The position numbers and the translations under genes were made by a program. A DNA stretch of 63,989 bases, filler included, from Craspedostauros australis (taxonomy: Eukaryota): assembly GCA_030167865.1 (NCBI GenBank). It is 15 parts of 15 records of this genome, joined end to end, with 100 filler letters (N's around TTAATTAATTAA, not from the genome) between each part and the next. Parts side by side here need not be neighbours in the genome. Positions count along the whole stretch, not along the records: positions 23,813 to 40,800 come from JALAGF010000808.1; positions 40,901 to 42,528 come from JALAGF010000811.1; positions 42,629 to 43,920 come from JALAGF010000812.1; positions 44,021 to 45,858 come from JALAGF010000813.1; positions 45,959 to 47,652 come from JALAGF010000814.1; 10 more parts are not named here. One strand, given 5' to 3'. Under the pieces are notes generated by a model. It was not told the DNA's origin, made no database searches, and saw nothing but the letters and a program-made list of their open reading frames with translations. Positions 35,855-47,752 of the stretch are shown in pieces (the first letter of the stretch is position 1; each line of letters opens with the position of its first letter).

Positions 35855-37454
35855 CTAGAGCCACGCTTGCACTGCCCCACGACTCCATTCGTACAACTCT
35901 TCCTGTGCTTCGATGTCACCTACACACGCGGAGGGTGCTCTTCGTCCCACCTTGGGTATCAGACGCTGCATGATCAACAAATATCCCGCGAATATATTGC
36001 CGACGATATCACGCAAAGGAAGCATGCTGTAGGCCCATTCCGGCAACGCATTCATGCTCTGGACAAGCAATTCCGGGTGTGCAGTGTTGCTGTAGAACTT
36101 GGGAACAGCGCTGGTGTTGGTATCATCATCCAGCATGGCCTCAAAAAATGAAGCCAATCCGTAATCATCCGATTCGAAGGCGATAAACTCAAATAAGTTG
36201 GCTAGACCGTCACCCGCGATGCTCGTGCCAACCCACGAGGGGCAGATGCTGACGACCTCCATGGGTTGACCCTCGCTCTTGGCGAAGCGTCGGTTCAACG
36301 CTTCTGCATGCAGAACTTGTGCAAGCTTGGAGTTCGTGTAGGAGCGAATGTCACGAAACAGGAGGAATCCATGCGCGCCACCGGGTCGGCTGGCGATGGG
36401 GCTCGGAGCAGCGGAAGCGGGGAGGTCGCGCTGTTTGGAAGGACGAAGGTCAGAGATGCCAGCTCCGAAGTGATACAGCGAGGACACTTGGATGATCTTC
36501 GTTTTTGGTTGGGTAGACTTTTCCAGTAACGGCATCAGCTTCTCGGTGAGAAGGAAGTGGGACAAGTAGTTGACTTTTGTTTGTGTAATGATGATAAGTC
36601 CGTTTGATTGCGTGTGGACGGATAGAAGAGGGAGAGTGGTTAGCAGAGTTTGTATGGCACTCGCATGATAGACACCGTTCCACGATTGTCCGAGGAGAGC
36701 AGGTGCGACCAAGGATGAGGTGCACAGAATCAAGAACCAAGGAACGCACAATGGCAGCTCCACCCTTGCATCCTTTCCTTTTCCGCAATTGCAATATCAT
36801 TCGTTTTCATCGTTTCTGTTGTTGTCGTTGCGACTTGAGATGGCGCAGTGATCGCAGAGTTCTCAAGATGATGCAAAGCACCAAAAGGCAAACATTGATG
36901 GTTCACTCACCAGCAAACACCTGCTCGTAGCCCTGCTTTGATACATCCATGCCCTGCACCGCACCATGGATGCCAGCATTATTCACGAGCATATCCACCC
37001 GATCGAATCGTTGCAGCATATCGTCTGCCCCCTTGGCGACCGAATCCAAATCGTTGAGATCCACAAGGACAGTCGACACGCCTTCATTCTCCTGCGCCAG
37101 ACGCTCCAACTTGGAAGGCGACCGACCAATAGCGATGACATGCGCACCCATCGATGACAGCCTGCGTGTGAGCCCCAGACCAATCCCAGACGTTGCTCCA
37201 GTGACAGCAATGACGAGCCCGTCCAGTGGCGCCTTGTTTGCGATGTCGGTCGCATCATGTCCCATCAACTTGTGAGCTCGTGGAATGACGTTTCCTTCCC
37301 AATCGACGGTGGGCTTGGGCATGGCCAGGATGATGGCGCAGATCAGCACCAGCAATGCTGTGCCGTACATCATCAACGTCCATACGGAAACGGAAGCCTT
37401 TCGTGATGGTCTCGCAGCCGAGGCTGACGGAGGAGCTTCGCCACCTTTGCCCAT
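35855..37454 (-). CDS. SDR copy B; exons 37454-36911, 36573-35855
   Basis: Same motifs as copy A, with YTNSK. Intron 36910-36574 at the same position and phase. Confidence 0.9.
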
Positions 37455-37998
37455 GATGTTCTGTCACCTTTCTGACTAAAATAGTTGGATAGAATAGAGT
37501 ATTCTGGAGAGCAGTGTGAGCTACTCCCGCTGGATGTATGAGGTCGGAGAATATTGCTTTTCGTACGTTGTGTCTGCGGACTTGGCTGGTCTGTGTGTAT
37601 GAGCTGATGCGTGGAACTGATCGGTGGACTGGTTCGTTACGTGGCGATTTTCCTCTTGTTTCGCGCGTGTCATCATCTTTTGGCCGCGAGTGCCCCAGTC
37701 CCCCGTCACACGACTCAATCCAATCCCGTGAGAACGTATCTTCGACCATAGCCTACCAGCCCTTGCGTTAGGCTTCCTCTTCGATGTAAACTCAACAATG
37801 ATGCAGCCGATCAGGTATCATCCCCTCCCCCATCGACGAGGGAGAGGTTGGTGGCGGTGAGCGATCACTTTACAAAAGCACATCGGCGGGAAACCTTCTT
37901 GTATTGTTCACTTTCGTCCTATTGTATTACACTACGAGTACGCTTGTAGACACTGTATCGATGCTCGTCCCAACGAGTATCTCTGTCTCTCTCTCTCT

Positions 37999-39645
37999 CT
38001 AGAGCCACCCTTGCACTGCCCCGCGACTCCATTCGTACAACTCTTCCTGTGCCTCGACGTCGCTGGCATGCACAGATGGCACCGTCCGTCCCACCCTGAG
38101 CATCAGGCGCTGCGTGGTCAGAATATATCCCGCGAATGAATTGCCGACGATATCACGCAAAGGAATCATGGTGAAGGTCCATTCTGGCAACGCATTCATG
38201 CTCTGGACAAGCAATTCCGGATGTACTGTGTTGCTGTAGAACTTCGGAACGGTGCTGGTGTTGGTATCATCATCCAGCATGGCCTCAAAAAGTGAGGCCA
38301 ATCCGTAATCATCCGATTCGAGCGCGATGAACTTCATGATTTCGGTGACAATGGGACCCCCAAGTTGCGTGGCTACGCACGAGGGGCAGATGCTGACTGC
38401 CTCCATGGGTTGACCCTCGCTCTTGGCGAAGCGTCGGTTCAACGCTTCTGCATGTAAGACCTGTGCAAGCTTGGAGTTCGTGTAGGAGCGAATGTCACGA
38501 TAGAAGAAGAATCCGTGCCCACCACCGGGTCGGCTGGCGATGGGACTCGGAGCAGCGGAGGCGGGGAGGTCGCGCTGTTTGGAAGGACGAAGGTCAGAGA
38601 TGCCAGCTCCGAAGTGATACAGCGAGGACACTTGGATGATCTTCGTTTTTGGTTGGGTCGACTTTTCCAGTAACGGCATCAGCTTCTCGGTGAGGAGAAA
38701 GTGGGACAAGTAGTTGACTTTTGTTTGTGCGTTGATGGTATCAAACGTAGCGCATAGTAGAATGGCAGATTTATTTGATTGTGTGTTGTTGTTGTGTGTT
38801 GGTGATTGTGGTGGATGCAAGTGTCAGGAGTTTGATCGCGTGGATAGAAGAGGGACAACGGCGAGCAGAGATTGTTTGGCCCCCGTCGTCGCGACTTCTG
38901 CGTCATCATCATCCAAATCGAGCGCAGGAGTGGGATCCGTGGCTGAGATGTTGTCGTACCGACATGAGAAAGCGCAAAAGTTGACTGTTCTCGTCTTTTT
39001 GTTGCGTCGACACCAACAGTTTGGCCCAGACAACCAGGTGCTTCCTCATCAACAGTACAAATTCACGTCAAATCTTCATTTGAAGCTCAACTCACCGGCA
39101 AAGACTTGTTCGTAGCCCTGTTTGGACACACGCTCTTTCTGCGCGAAGCCAATGACGCCTGCATTGTTCACGAGTATGTCCACATGATCAAATCGTTGCA
39201 ACATATCGTCTGCTCCCTTGGCAACTGAATCCAAATCGCCGAAATCGGCAAGCACGGTCGACACGCCTTCATTCTCCTGCGCCAGACGCTCCAACTTGGA
39301 AGATGACCGACCGATGGCAATGACGTGCGCACCCATCGATGAGAGCTTGCGCGTGAAGCTCAGGCCAATGCCGGATGTTGCTCCAGTGACGGCAATGACG
39401 AGCCCATCGAGCGGCGGCTTGCTTTCGATGTCGGCCGCATCATGTCCCATCAACTTGTGTGCTCGTGGGATGACGTTGCCTTCCCAATCGGTGGTAGGTT
39501 GGGGCGTGGCAAAGATGATGGCATAGAACAGCACCACCGATGCTGTGCCGTACTTTATCCAAGTCCATGCTGATGCGGAGCTGAAAGTCTTCCGTGGTTG
39601 CTTGTCAACCAACGCTGGCGGAGGAGCTTCGCCGCCTTTGCCCAT
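37999..39645 (-). CDS. SDR copy C; exons 39645-39096, 38717-37999
   Basis: Same motifs as copy A, with YTNSK. Intron 39095-38718. Confidence 0.9.
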
Positions 39646-40900
39646 GGTGTTCTGCTAAAGGCAGTGGTACTTGCGCGAGTGTGGAGCAAGAGGGCTGGAG
39701 CGAAAAGTATGGGAGAGTCGTCGGTGCACCTCTGTTGTTGGATGTACGAGTAATACACTTGCAATACACGCGCTTGACTTGACTTGGCTTGGCTTGGCTG
39801 TACTTAACTTGGCTTGCCTTGCCCAGTCTGTTTCTACGACCATGAGATACGAATAATAAATGCTAAACTGATGAGCGATTGCTGGTCCCACAGAATGGCG
39901 ATGATAAAAAAGACCGCGATCAATGATGCCTCGGACTGTGTCCGTTGATGGGGTGGCCTCTCTTCTTTTTTGTGGTGGTGAAGCGTCGCGCCACCATCGT
40001 CGAATTGAACTCTTGACTCAATCCAATCCTGTGAGAAGGTATCTTCACATCAGCCTCGGGATTGGCACGTGACTGAAGCCTCCTCTTGGCGTCGTTGCCG
40101 ACCCGTCGCCTGTCATCCATCAACAACAAACACACAGGGAGGTTGCGGTATTGTTGGGATATCGCACCGTATTTCGGACATTATGCCGTATTGTCCGATT
40201 TTGAATACACATTGATCGTACTTTAGTTAACAGTTGTGCGAATATCGGACATTGCAAAATAGCACGTTGTCCAGCGTTGGTCCTACATCATGTTCGTTTG
40301 TCCGTTCAATGAATATCAGTTTATGCCGAGACTCCTGGTTTCGAACTGCTGACCAAAGTAGGATGTGTTTCATGATTTCCACCACGACATCAACAACACC
40401 ATCATCATCCGACGTGTCGATTGATAGGAGTTCTCTGTGTGGCCAACCACACCATGTCTGAGGGAACGCACATCGCCACCGCACCAATGATTGCGTAGAT
40501 TGATGCTGTGCCAGAATCCATCGAGCAAGCAAATCAAGTGAAACGCAAAACGTCATACAATCGGACCGTGGTTTTGCCGGACCAAAAATGTCTTTACACA
40601 ACACAGAGGAAATGTCAAGTCATACCGTGCCCACACAATGCTTGTATCATTCTTGAGTGAACCACGCAGGAGCCATTGCATCAGTGGTAGGGGGAATGTC
40701 ACTGTGACCGCCACAGCGCCATCACCTGCGGAAGCGGAGTTGTCCACGTAAACAGGTGGCAACAACACAGGCGAACGGAGCATCTTGTGCGACTGAGGAC
40801 NNNNNNNNNNNNNNNNNNNNNNNNNNNNNNNNNNNNNNNNNNNNTTAATTAATTAANNNNNNNNNNNNNNNNNNNNNNNNNNNNNNNNNNNNNNNNNNNN

Positions 40901-42528
40901 GACGCGAGATCCAACTTCCATGCCGACATCGGGGCCTACATCTGCATCAACTACCACCTCGTTTGCATTTGATTCCAGCATCTCTGTGGCCCGCAAGCCA
41001 GATGTTGTGCCAGAATGCTTTCCGCTGGATGCATTCGACCCAAATGCCATCATCTGCAATCCATCCAAGACTTCGTGCCGCAAGGCTGTCACTGGTATTC
41101 GAAGCACACCGGAATTGCAGATTTACTTCGCATGCGCTGGTATCTTGGCCAAGGGGGATGCACGCAAGCTATTCAATTGATATGCGTCCAACCCCATACT
41201 TGCTGAGGAGCTGACACTGTTGTCCGCCGCTGGCACCACTGTGTTCGCAGCTCTGGGTGGCGATGACATCTACTATGTGTGCCAGAACGCTGGGGATCCA
41301 TGCTGCGCAGAGGATTGTGACTGTACCAGTTCCGACTATTACAGTTTCATGACCATTGCCACCACTGCCTGCATTGGGTCTGGATCTTGCGACAGGATGG
41401 GACTAAACACATTGGTCCTGGATTCATCCTGTACCAGCAAAGGGGCATGCGCCAGCGTGAACTCTCTTTATGTTTCCGATTGCTATGGTCCTCACCGAAC
41501 GTACGGTGTCACCTTCATTGGTCAACTGGCCTGCACTGATTCTCTTTCCTGCACCGTCGCTGGTGAATATCCCTACAGAGACGCCATCACACAAAGCGGC
41601 GCCTGCGTTGGACCCTACGCCCGTGCGGGCATTGGCTTCTGCATTGAACAGAACCGGGCCAGCCACTCCCGGAGCCACATCAGAATTGGGTCCAACGCAT
41701 GCCTTGGTGATCATGCATACGGCGGAGCACATGTGAGCTTTTACTACAACTGCGCATGCACACCGTCGCCGTCAGCTGGGAAGATCCAGGGCAGCTTGAT
41801 CATCGGCGACAATGCCTGCGCCGCAGCCTACGCTTGCGCAGGATTGGGATTCGGTGACTCAATGACGACTGACATCATTGTGCCAGAATATGGCTGTGAC
41901 AGCGGCGGCGCGTGCTACGAATGCATGACAAAAACCAACTGCGGCAGCGACGAAGTCTTCATTATCTACGATGCTGCTGTCACCTGCCCCAAAGACGTGG
42001 ATGGTTATGTAAGGGTCGAAAGGGTCGATCAATTCTGCATCAACAATGATCAACGCCCAACAGATTGCCCGACTTTCGCCCCCTACTCCGCTGGCAAGCG
42101 ATACCCCAACAATGATTCCGACAGAGCAGCCATCCGATCTGCCAACTTTTGTTCCAACAAACTCCCCGACCATCAACAACACCACCCTGCAGACCCTTTG
42201 CTTGAATGAGGCTGGGGAGGTTGCTGCAGGCTTCACCTCCAGACCAGTCATCCTCTGTGATGACGATGTGGGCACATGCACACAATTCGTCAACGACATC
42301 GAGTCTCTCCCAACAAACAAGGACAGGTTTGTGAAAAGCATCTTCGGATGCGATGACGACCAAGGCAGCCAGGCGTCGCAGCAACAGGCGCAGGTACGAT
42401 TCGATCACATCAAGAATGACCCCCAAGCAATCGTAGCCATCCTCACTGCTCTCGAAGGTGATGGCATCCTTCTCACTGCGAACGCCGCAAGCCTATCCAT
42501 GAGATGCGGTGCTGTGGGCGGGGCCTGC
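40901..42528 (+). CDS. Partial Cys-rich extracellular/cell-surface protein with PT-repeat linkers; intron 41095-41250; +1 frameshift at the C5 run 42079-42083
   Basis: Repeated (I)G..AC....AC units and PTxxPT/PS linkers. The GT...CAG intron joins two ORFs in phase. Removing one C gives CPTFAPTPLASDTPT. Truncated at both ends. Confidence 0.6.
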
Positions 42529-42628
42529 NNNNNNNNNNNNNNNNNNNNNNNNNNNNNNNNNNNNNNNNNNNNTTAATTAATTAANNNNNNNNNNNNNNNN
42601 NNNNNNNNNNNNNNNNNNNNNNNNNNNN

Positions 42629-43920
42629 ACAACAACAACAACAATCTAACCACAAAAGCAGCTCCTGAAGAATCTGCGTTGTGACCGCCAGTTGTCATGA
42701 TCAGAGATTGTTCCATGGAAGCAATTGAAAGTACAACTGGCATTCATTACTGAATTCATTGTTGGGGGCAACACGCATCTTGCACACTCAACATTTGTCA
42801 CTCTGCCTGGGAAACCATTGACCGCGCGAGATGTTTGTGCTCCCCGCACGCGCAACACTTGTGATGTTGACATCTGTCGAAGGACCACTTTCAATTTGCA
42901 TTGTCCACGTCGCGTGCAATGATTGGTGCAAAAACAAGTCCATCCGGTCGAGGGTCGTGACATGTTGGTGAATCCTTCAGTCTCTCTTGGGTTATTCATC
43001 CAAGGACTGTCGGATGAAGGATCAGGCGCGTGCCGCCAGGATTGATCAGTGTTTGCAGATTGAAATGGTGGCGCTCAAGTATCAGATCGGTGTTGCCCCT
43101 GGCATCTGGCCTAGCACGAGTATCCATTTGGTTTTCATTCTTTCCATGCTTTGTGACCGATGGCAAAGGTATGAGCTTGACGCTCGACTCGATTGCAGCG
43201 GACAATGATGATGGCGATAGTAGTATTTAATGACATGAAAGTCACTGGATGATCCAAGTGTTGAGGGTTCACACACAGCAGTATAGCATGATGCATGCCT
43301 TGCAACAGAGATGAAGAACAACTCCAATGCAATACGCACCACGTGGTGTCAGAGTCTGAGCCACGAATGCAATGTTCCCATACACGCACAATGCCATCAC
43401 CAATGCACTTACCTGGTGCAGGGCACCCCATCTTCTGCATGCTTTTCGCAATCCTCCCATCGACCCTCTTCTGGTGTCGCCTTGCCCATGTGAACAACTG
43501 GCCCGAAGAAGCGGCGTCTGCACGAGGCAACCGATCTTGGGACCAGCGTACTCCAACAACAATTGACCCCACATGACAGGGTATGTGATTAGTCATCTTC
43601 CCTCTTCCAATATCTTCTCTTCTATTCTTCCCATCGTCAGGCGTACCCCAACACGAAGCCTGCATTGGCCACAATCTTGGCATATGCCATCTGGGATCTG
43701 TGCGCATGGCCGGAGTAGGAAGGCATAATATGGCCAAGGCCCAAGCTCCAACTACGTGGCAACTGACTTGTGTACGTCGCTGCTGCGTATTCTGGTGCAT
43801 GCAGAGCCTGACAGGACACCTTCCATGACTGTACCAAATGCTGATCGCTGGATGCACTAAAACACTGCCATCGGCGCGTGTGTAGAGGCAGAATCTTTGC
43901 CCAGTCGCCAACAGCCAAGC
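42629..43920 (-). mobile_element. Possible decayed piggyBac-like transposase fragment
   Basis: C-terminal Cys cluster RGQC...TNVECARC......C.FNCF and weak remnants (YTS; IKYY; KW). No intact ORF. Confidence 0.25.
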
Positions 43921-44371
43921 NNNNNNNNNNNNNNNNNNNNNNNNNNNNNNNNNNNNNNNNNNNNTTAATTAATTAANNNNNNNNNNNNNNNNNNNNNNNN
44001 NNNNNNNNNNNNNNNNNNNNATTCAAAGCTGTGACGAACAATGTTGGGAGGTGCGGCAATCACGGGTATTCCGACAAAGTCGTACCCTCGATTCCTAACA
44101 CACAAGGACTCACTTGCTTGGACTCACAGCTCTACCGCGGTTGTGGGGCTAGTGTGTCCCAACTCTTTGTGACCTTTTTGGCAGGTTGCTTGCGATCCAT
44201 GGCTGCGTACAAACTTCTGTAGACTTTGTACCATGAAATTGTTGATGTGTTCTGATTTGGATTTTATTGTTGTTACTGTGTGTTTTGGATTTTCGGGTTC
44301 TGGTATTATGTACATAAGCTTGGCCAGTTGTGTTGTGAAAACTGGAGTGAATTAGATTCCAAGAATCCTGG

Positions 44372-45858
44372 TTATTTCAATGATGTGAGGAGACCAATCT
44401 GAGTTGGAAGCGGTCTGGTGAATTTGGTCAATACTAGATCAAGATAGGTGAGCGCTGTCAGTTGACCAATCTCGGATGGAAGCTTCCCAGTCAAGCCAGT
44501 AGATGAAAGATCAAGGGAGGTGAGCGCTGTGAGTTGACCAATCTCGGATGGAAGCCGCCCAGTGACGTCGGCATATCCCAGAACAAGATTGGTGAGCGCT
44601 GTGAGTTGACCAATCTCGGATGGAAGCCACCCAGTGACGTCGGCATATCCCAGATTAAGCAAGGTGAGCGCTGTGAGTTGACCAATCTCGGATGGAAGCC
44701 GCCCAGTGACGTCGGCATATCCCAGATCAAGATATCTCAATGCTGTCAGTTGACCAATCTCGGATGGAAGCCGCCCAGTGACGTCGGCAAATCCCAGATC
44801 AAGGAAGATGATCGCTGTCAGTTGACCAATCTCGGATGGAAGCTGCCCAGTGAAGACGGTGGATCTCAAATCAAGATATCGCAATGCTGTCAGTCGACCA
44901 ATCTCGGATGGAAGCTGCCCGGTGAAGTCGACCCATAGTAGGTCAAGATATCTCAATGCTGTCAGTTGACCAATCTCGGATGGAAGCTGCCCAGTGAAGT
45001 CAATTCCTCTCAACTCAAGAATGGCGAGGGCTGTCAGTTGACCAATCTCGGATGGAAGCCGACCAGTGACGTCGGCATATCCCAGATCAAGAATGGTGAG
45101 CGCTGTCAGTTGACCAATCTCGGATGGAAACCGCCCAGTGAAGTCGGTGGATCCCAGATCAAGATTGGTGACCGCTGTCAGTTGACCAATCTCGGATGGA
45201 AGCCGCCCAGTGAAGTCGGTGGATCCCAGATCAAGATTGGTGAGCGCTGTCAGTTGACCAATCTCGGATGGAAGCTGTCCAATGAAATTGGTCCCTTCTA
45301 GATCAAGGAAGGTGAGCGCTGTCAGTTGACCAATCTCGGATGGAAGCTGTCCAGTGAAGTCGGTATATCCCAGATCAAGAGTGGCGAGAGCTGTCAATTG
45401 ACCAATCTGAGAAGGAAGTGGTCCAGCGAAGTCGTTGAACTCCAGGTCAAGACGTGTCAATTGCGGAAGTTGATACAATTCCGACGGAAACGCACCTCGC
45501 AGTCCCATGTACACTAGAGTTAGCTCTGAGAGCATGCTCAACATGCCAATATGACTGAAGATGATACCATCCATCTGTCGGCGGGAGCTATAAGTCATTT
45601 CCATTGACAATTGCTCAAGTTGCGAGAGATGATACAGGGCTGGATCGAGCGTGCCCCGCATGCCTTCGTCACCCAAAGCTACTTGTACCACATGGCCATT
45701 ATCGCATGTCACACCACCAGAGGAAGAGTGCCAGTCGCACACGTCAGCATCTGATAGAAAGCCCATCTTGTCGATCCAATTGGCTCCATCGAGTGAAAAG
45801 TATATGCTCACTACTGCATAGTACTCCAATAGACGCATGGCATTGGCTTGTGCATCTT
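44372..45858 (-). CDS. Leucine-rich repeat protein, version 1 (5'-partial): LRRNT-type cap plus 14 near-identical 24-aa repeats
   Basis: RLLEYYAVVSIYFSLDG.NW.....S..DVCDW...GVTC cap. Plant-specific-type LRR SEIGQLTALxxLxLxxxxFTGxLP with 72-bp period. The frame is open to the contig edge. Confidence 0.9.
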
Positions 45859-46309
45859 NNNNNNNNNNNNNNNNNNNNNNNNNNNNNNNNNNNNNNNNNN
45901 NNTTAATTAATTAANNNNNNNNNNNNNNNNNNNNNNNNNNNNNNNNNNNNNNNNNNNNATTCAAAGCTGTGACGAACAATGTTGGGAGGTGCGGCAATCA
46001 CGGGTATTCCGACAAAGTCGTACCCTCGATTCCTAACACACAAGGACTCACTTGCTTGGACTCACAGCTCTACCGCGGTTGTGGGGCTAGTGTGTCCCAA
46101 CTCTTTGTGACCTTTTTGGCAGGTTGCTTGCGATCCATGGCTGCGTACAAACTTCTGTAGACTTTGTACCATGAAATTGTTGATGTGTTCTGATTTGGAT
46201 TTTATTGTTGTTACTGTGTGTTTTGGATTTTCGGGTTCTGGTATTATGTACATAAGCTTGGCCAGTTGTGTTGTGAAAACTGGAGTGAATTAGATTCCAA
46301 GAATCCTGG

Positions 46310-47652
46310 TTATTTCAATGATGTGAGGAGACCAATCTGAGTTGGAAGCGGTCTGGTGAATTTGGTCAATACTAGATCAAGATAGGTGAGCGCTGTCAGT
46401 TGACCAATCTCGGATGGAAGCTTCCCAGTCAAGCCAGTAGATGAAAGATCAAGGAAGGTGAGCGCTGTGAGTTGACCAATCTCGGATGGAAGCTGTCCAG
46501 TGAAGTCAGTAGGTCCCAAATCAAGCCGAGCGAGGGCTGTGAGTTGACCAATCTCGGATGGAAGCCGCCCAGTGACGTCGGTATATCCCAGATCAAGCCG
46601 AGCGAGGGCTGTGAGTTGACCAATCTCGGATGGAAGCCGCCCAGTGACGTCGACAAATCTCAGATCAAGATAGGTGAGCGCTGTCAGTTGACCAATCTCG
46701 GATGGAAGCCGCCCAGTGACGTCGGCAAATCCCAGATCAAGATAGGTGAGCGCTGTCAGTTGACCAATCTCGGATGGAAGCCGCCCAGTGAAGTCGGCAT
46801 ATCCCAGATCAAGATAGGTGAGCGCTGTCAGTTGACCAATCTCGGATGGAAGCTGCCCAGTGAAGTCGACCCATATTAGCTCAAGATATCTCAATGCTGT
46901 CAGTTGACCAATCTCGGATGGAAGCTGTCCAGTGAAGTCGGCATATTCCAGATCAAGAGTGGTGAGAGCTGATAGTTGACCAATCTCGGATGGAAGCTGT
47001 CCAGTGAGGTTGCTGTTTTCCAGATCAAGATAGGTGAGCGCTGTCAGTTGACCAATCTCGGATGGAAGCTGTCCAGTGAAGTCGGCATATCCCAGATGAA
47101 GAGTGGCGAGAGCTGTCAGTCGACCAATCTCGGATGGAATCTGCCCAGTGAAGTCGGTATATCCCAGATCAAGAGTGGCGAGAGCTGTCAATTGACCAAT
47201 CTGAGAAGGAAGTGGTCCAGCGAAGTCGTTGAACTCCAGGTCAAGACGTGTCAATTGCGGAAGTTGATACAATTCCGACGGAAACGCACCTCGCAGTCCC
47301 ATGTACACTAGAGTTAGCTCTGAGAGCATGCTCAACATGCCAATATGACTGAAGATGATACCATCCATCTGTCGGCGGGAGCTATAAGTCATTTCCATTG
47401 ACAATTGCTCAAGTTGCGAGAGATGATACAGGGCTGGATCGAGCGTGCCCCGCATGCCTTCGTCACCCAAAGCTACTTGTACCACATGGCCATTATCGCA
47501 TGTCACACCACCAGAGGAAGAGTGCCAGTCGCACACGTCAGCATCTGATAGAAAGCCCATCTTGTCGATCCAATTGGCTCCATCGAGTGAAAAGTATATG
47601 CTCACTACTGCATAGTACTCCAATAGACGCATGGCATTGGCTTGTGCATCTT
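46310..47652 (-). CDS. Leucine-rich repeat protein, version 2 (5'-partial): same cap and end, 12 repeats
   Basis: Flanks match version 1 (44021-44516 = 45959-46454; 45351-45858 = 47145-47652, compared by eye). The central array differs and is 144 bp shorter. Confidence 0.9.
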
Positions 47653-47752
47653 NNNNNNNNNNNNNNNNNNNNNNNNNNNNNNNNNNNNNNNNNNNNTTAA
47701 TTAATTAANNNNNNNNNNNNNNNNNNNNNNNNNNNNNNNNNNNNNNNNNNNN

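Noticed and set aside
44400..47230. Conserved-plus-variable 72-bp periodicity resembling a CRISPR array or a DGR
   Set aside because: The units are in-frame LRR codons, the variable parts are homologous to each other, variation is not restricted to adenines, and there are no cas or DGR-type RT genes. The nearby RT is a broken Gypsy on another contig.
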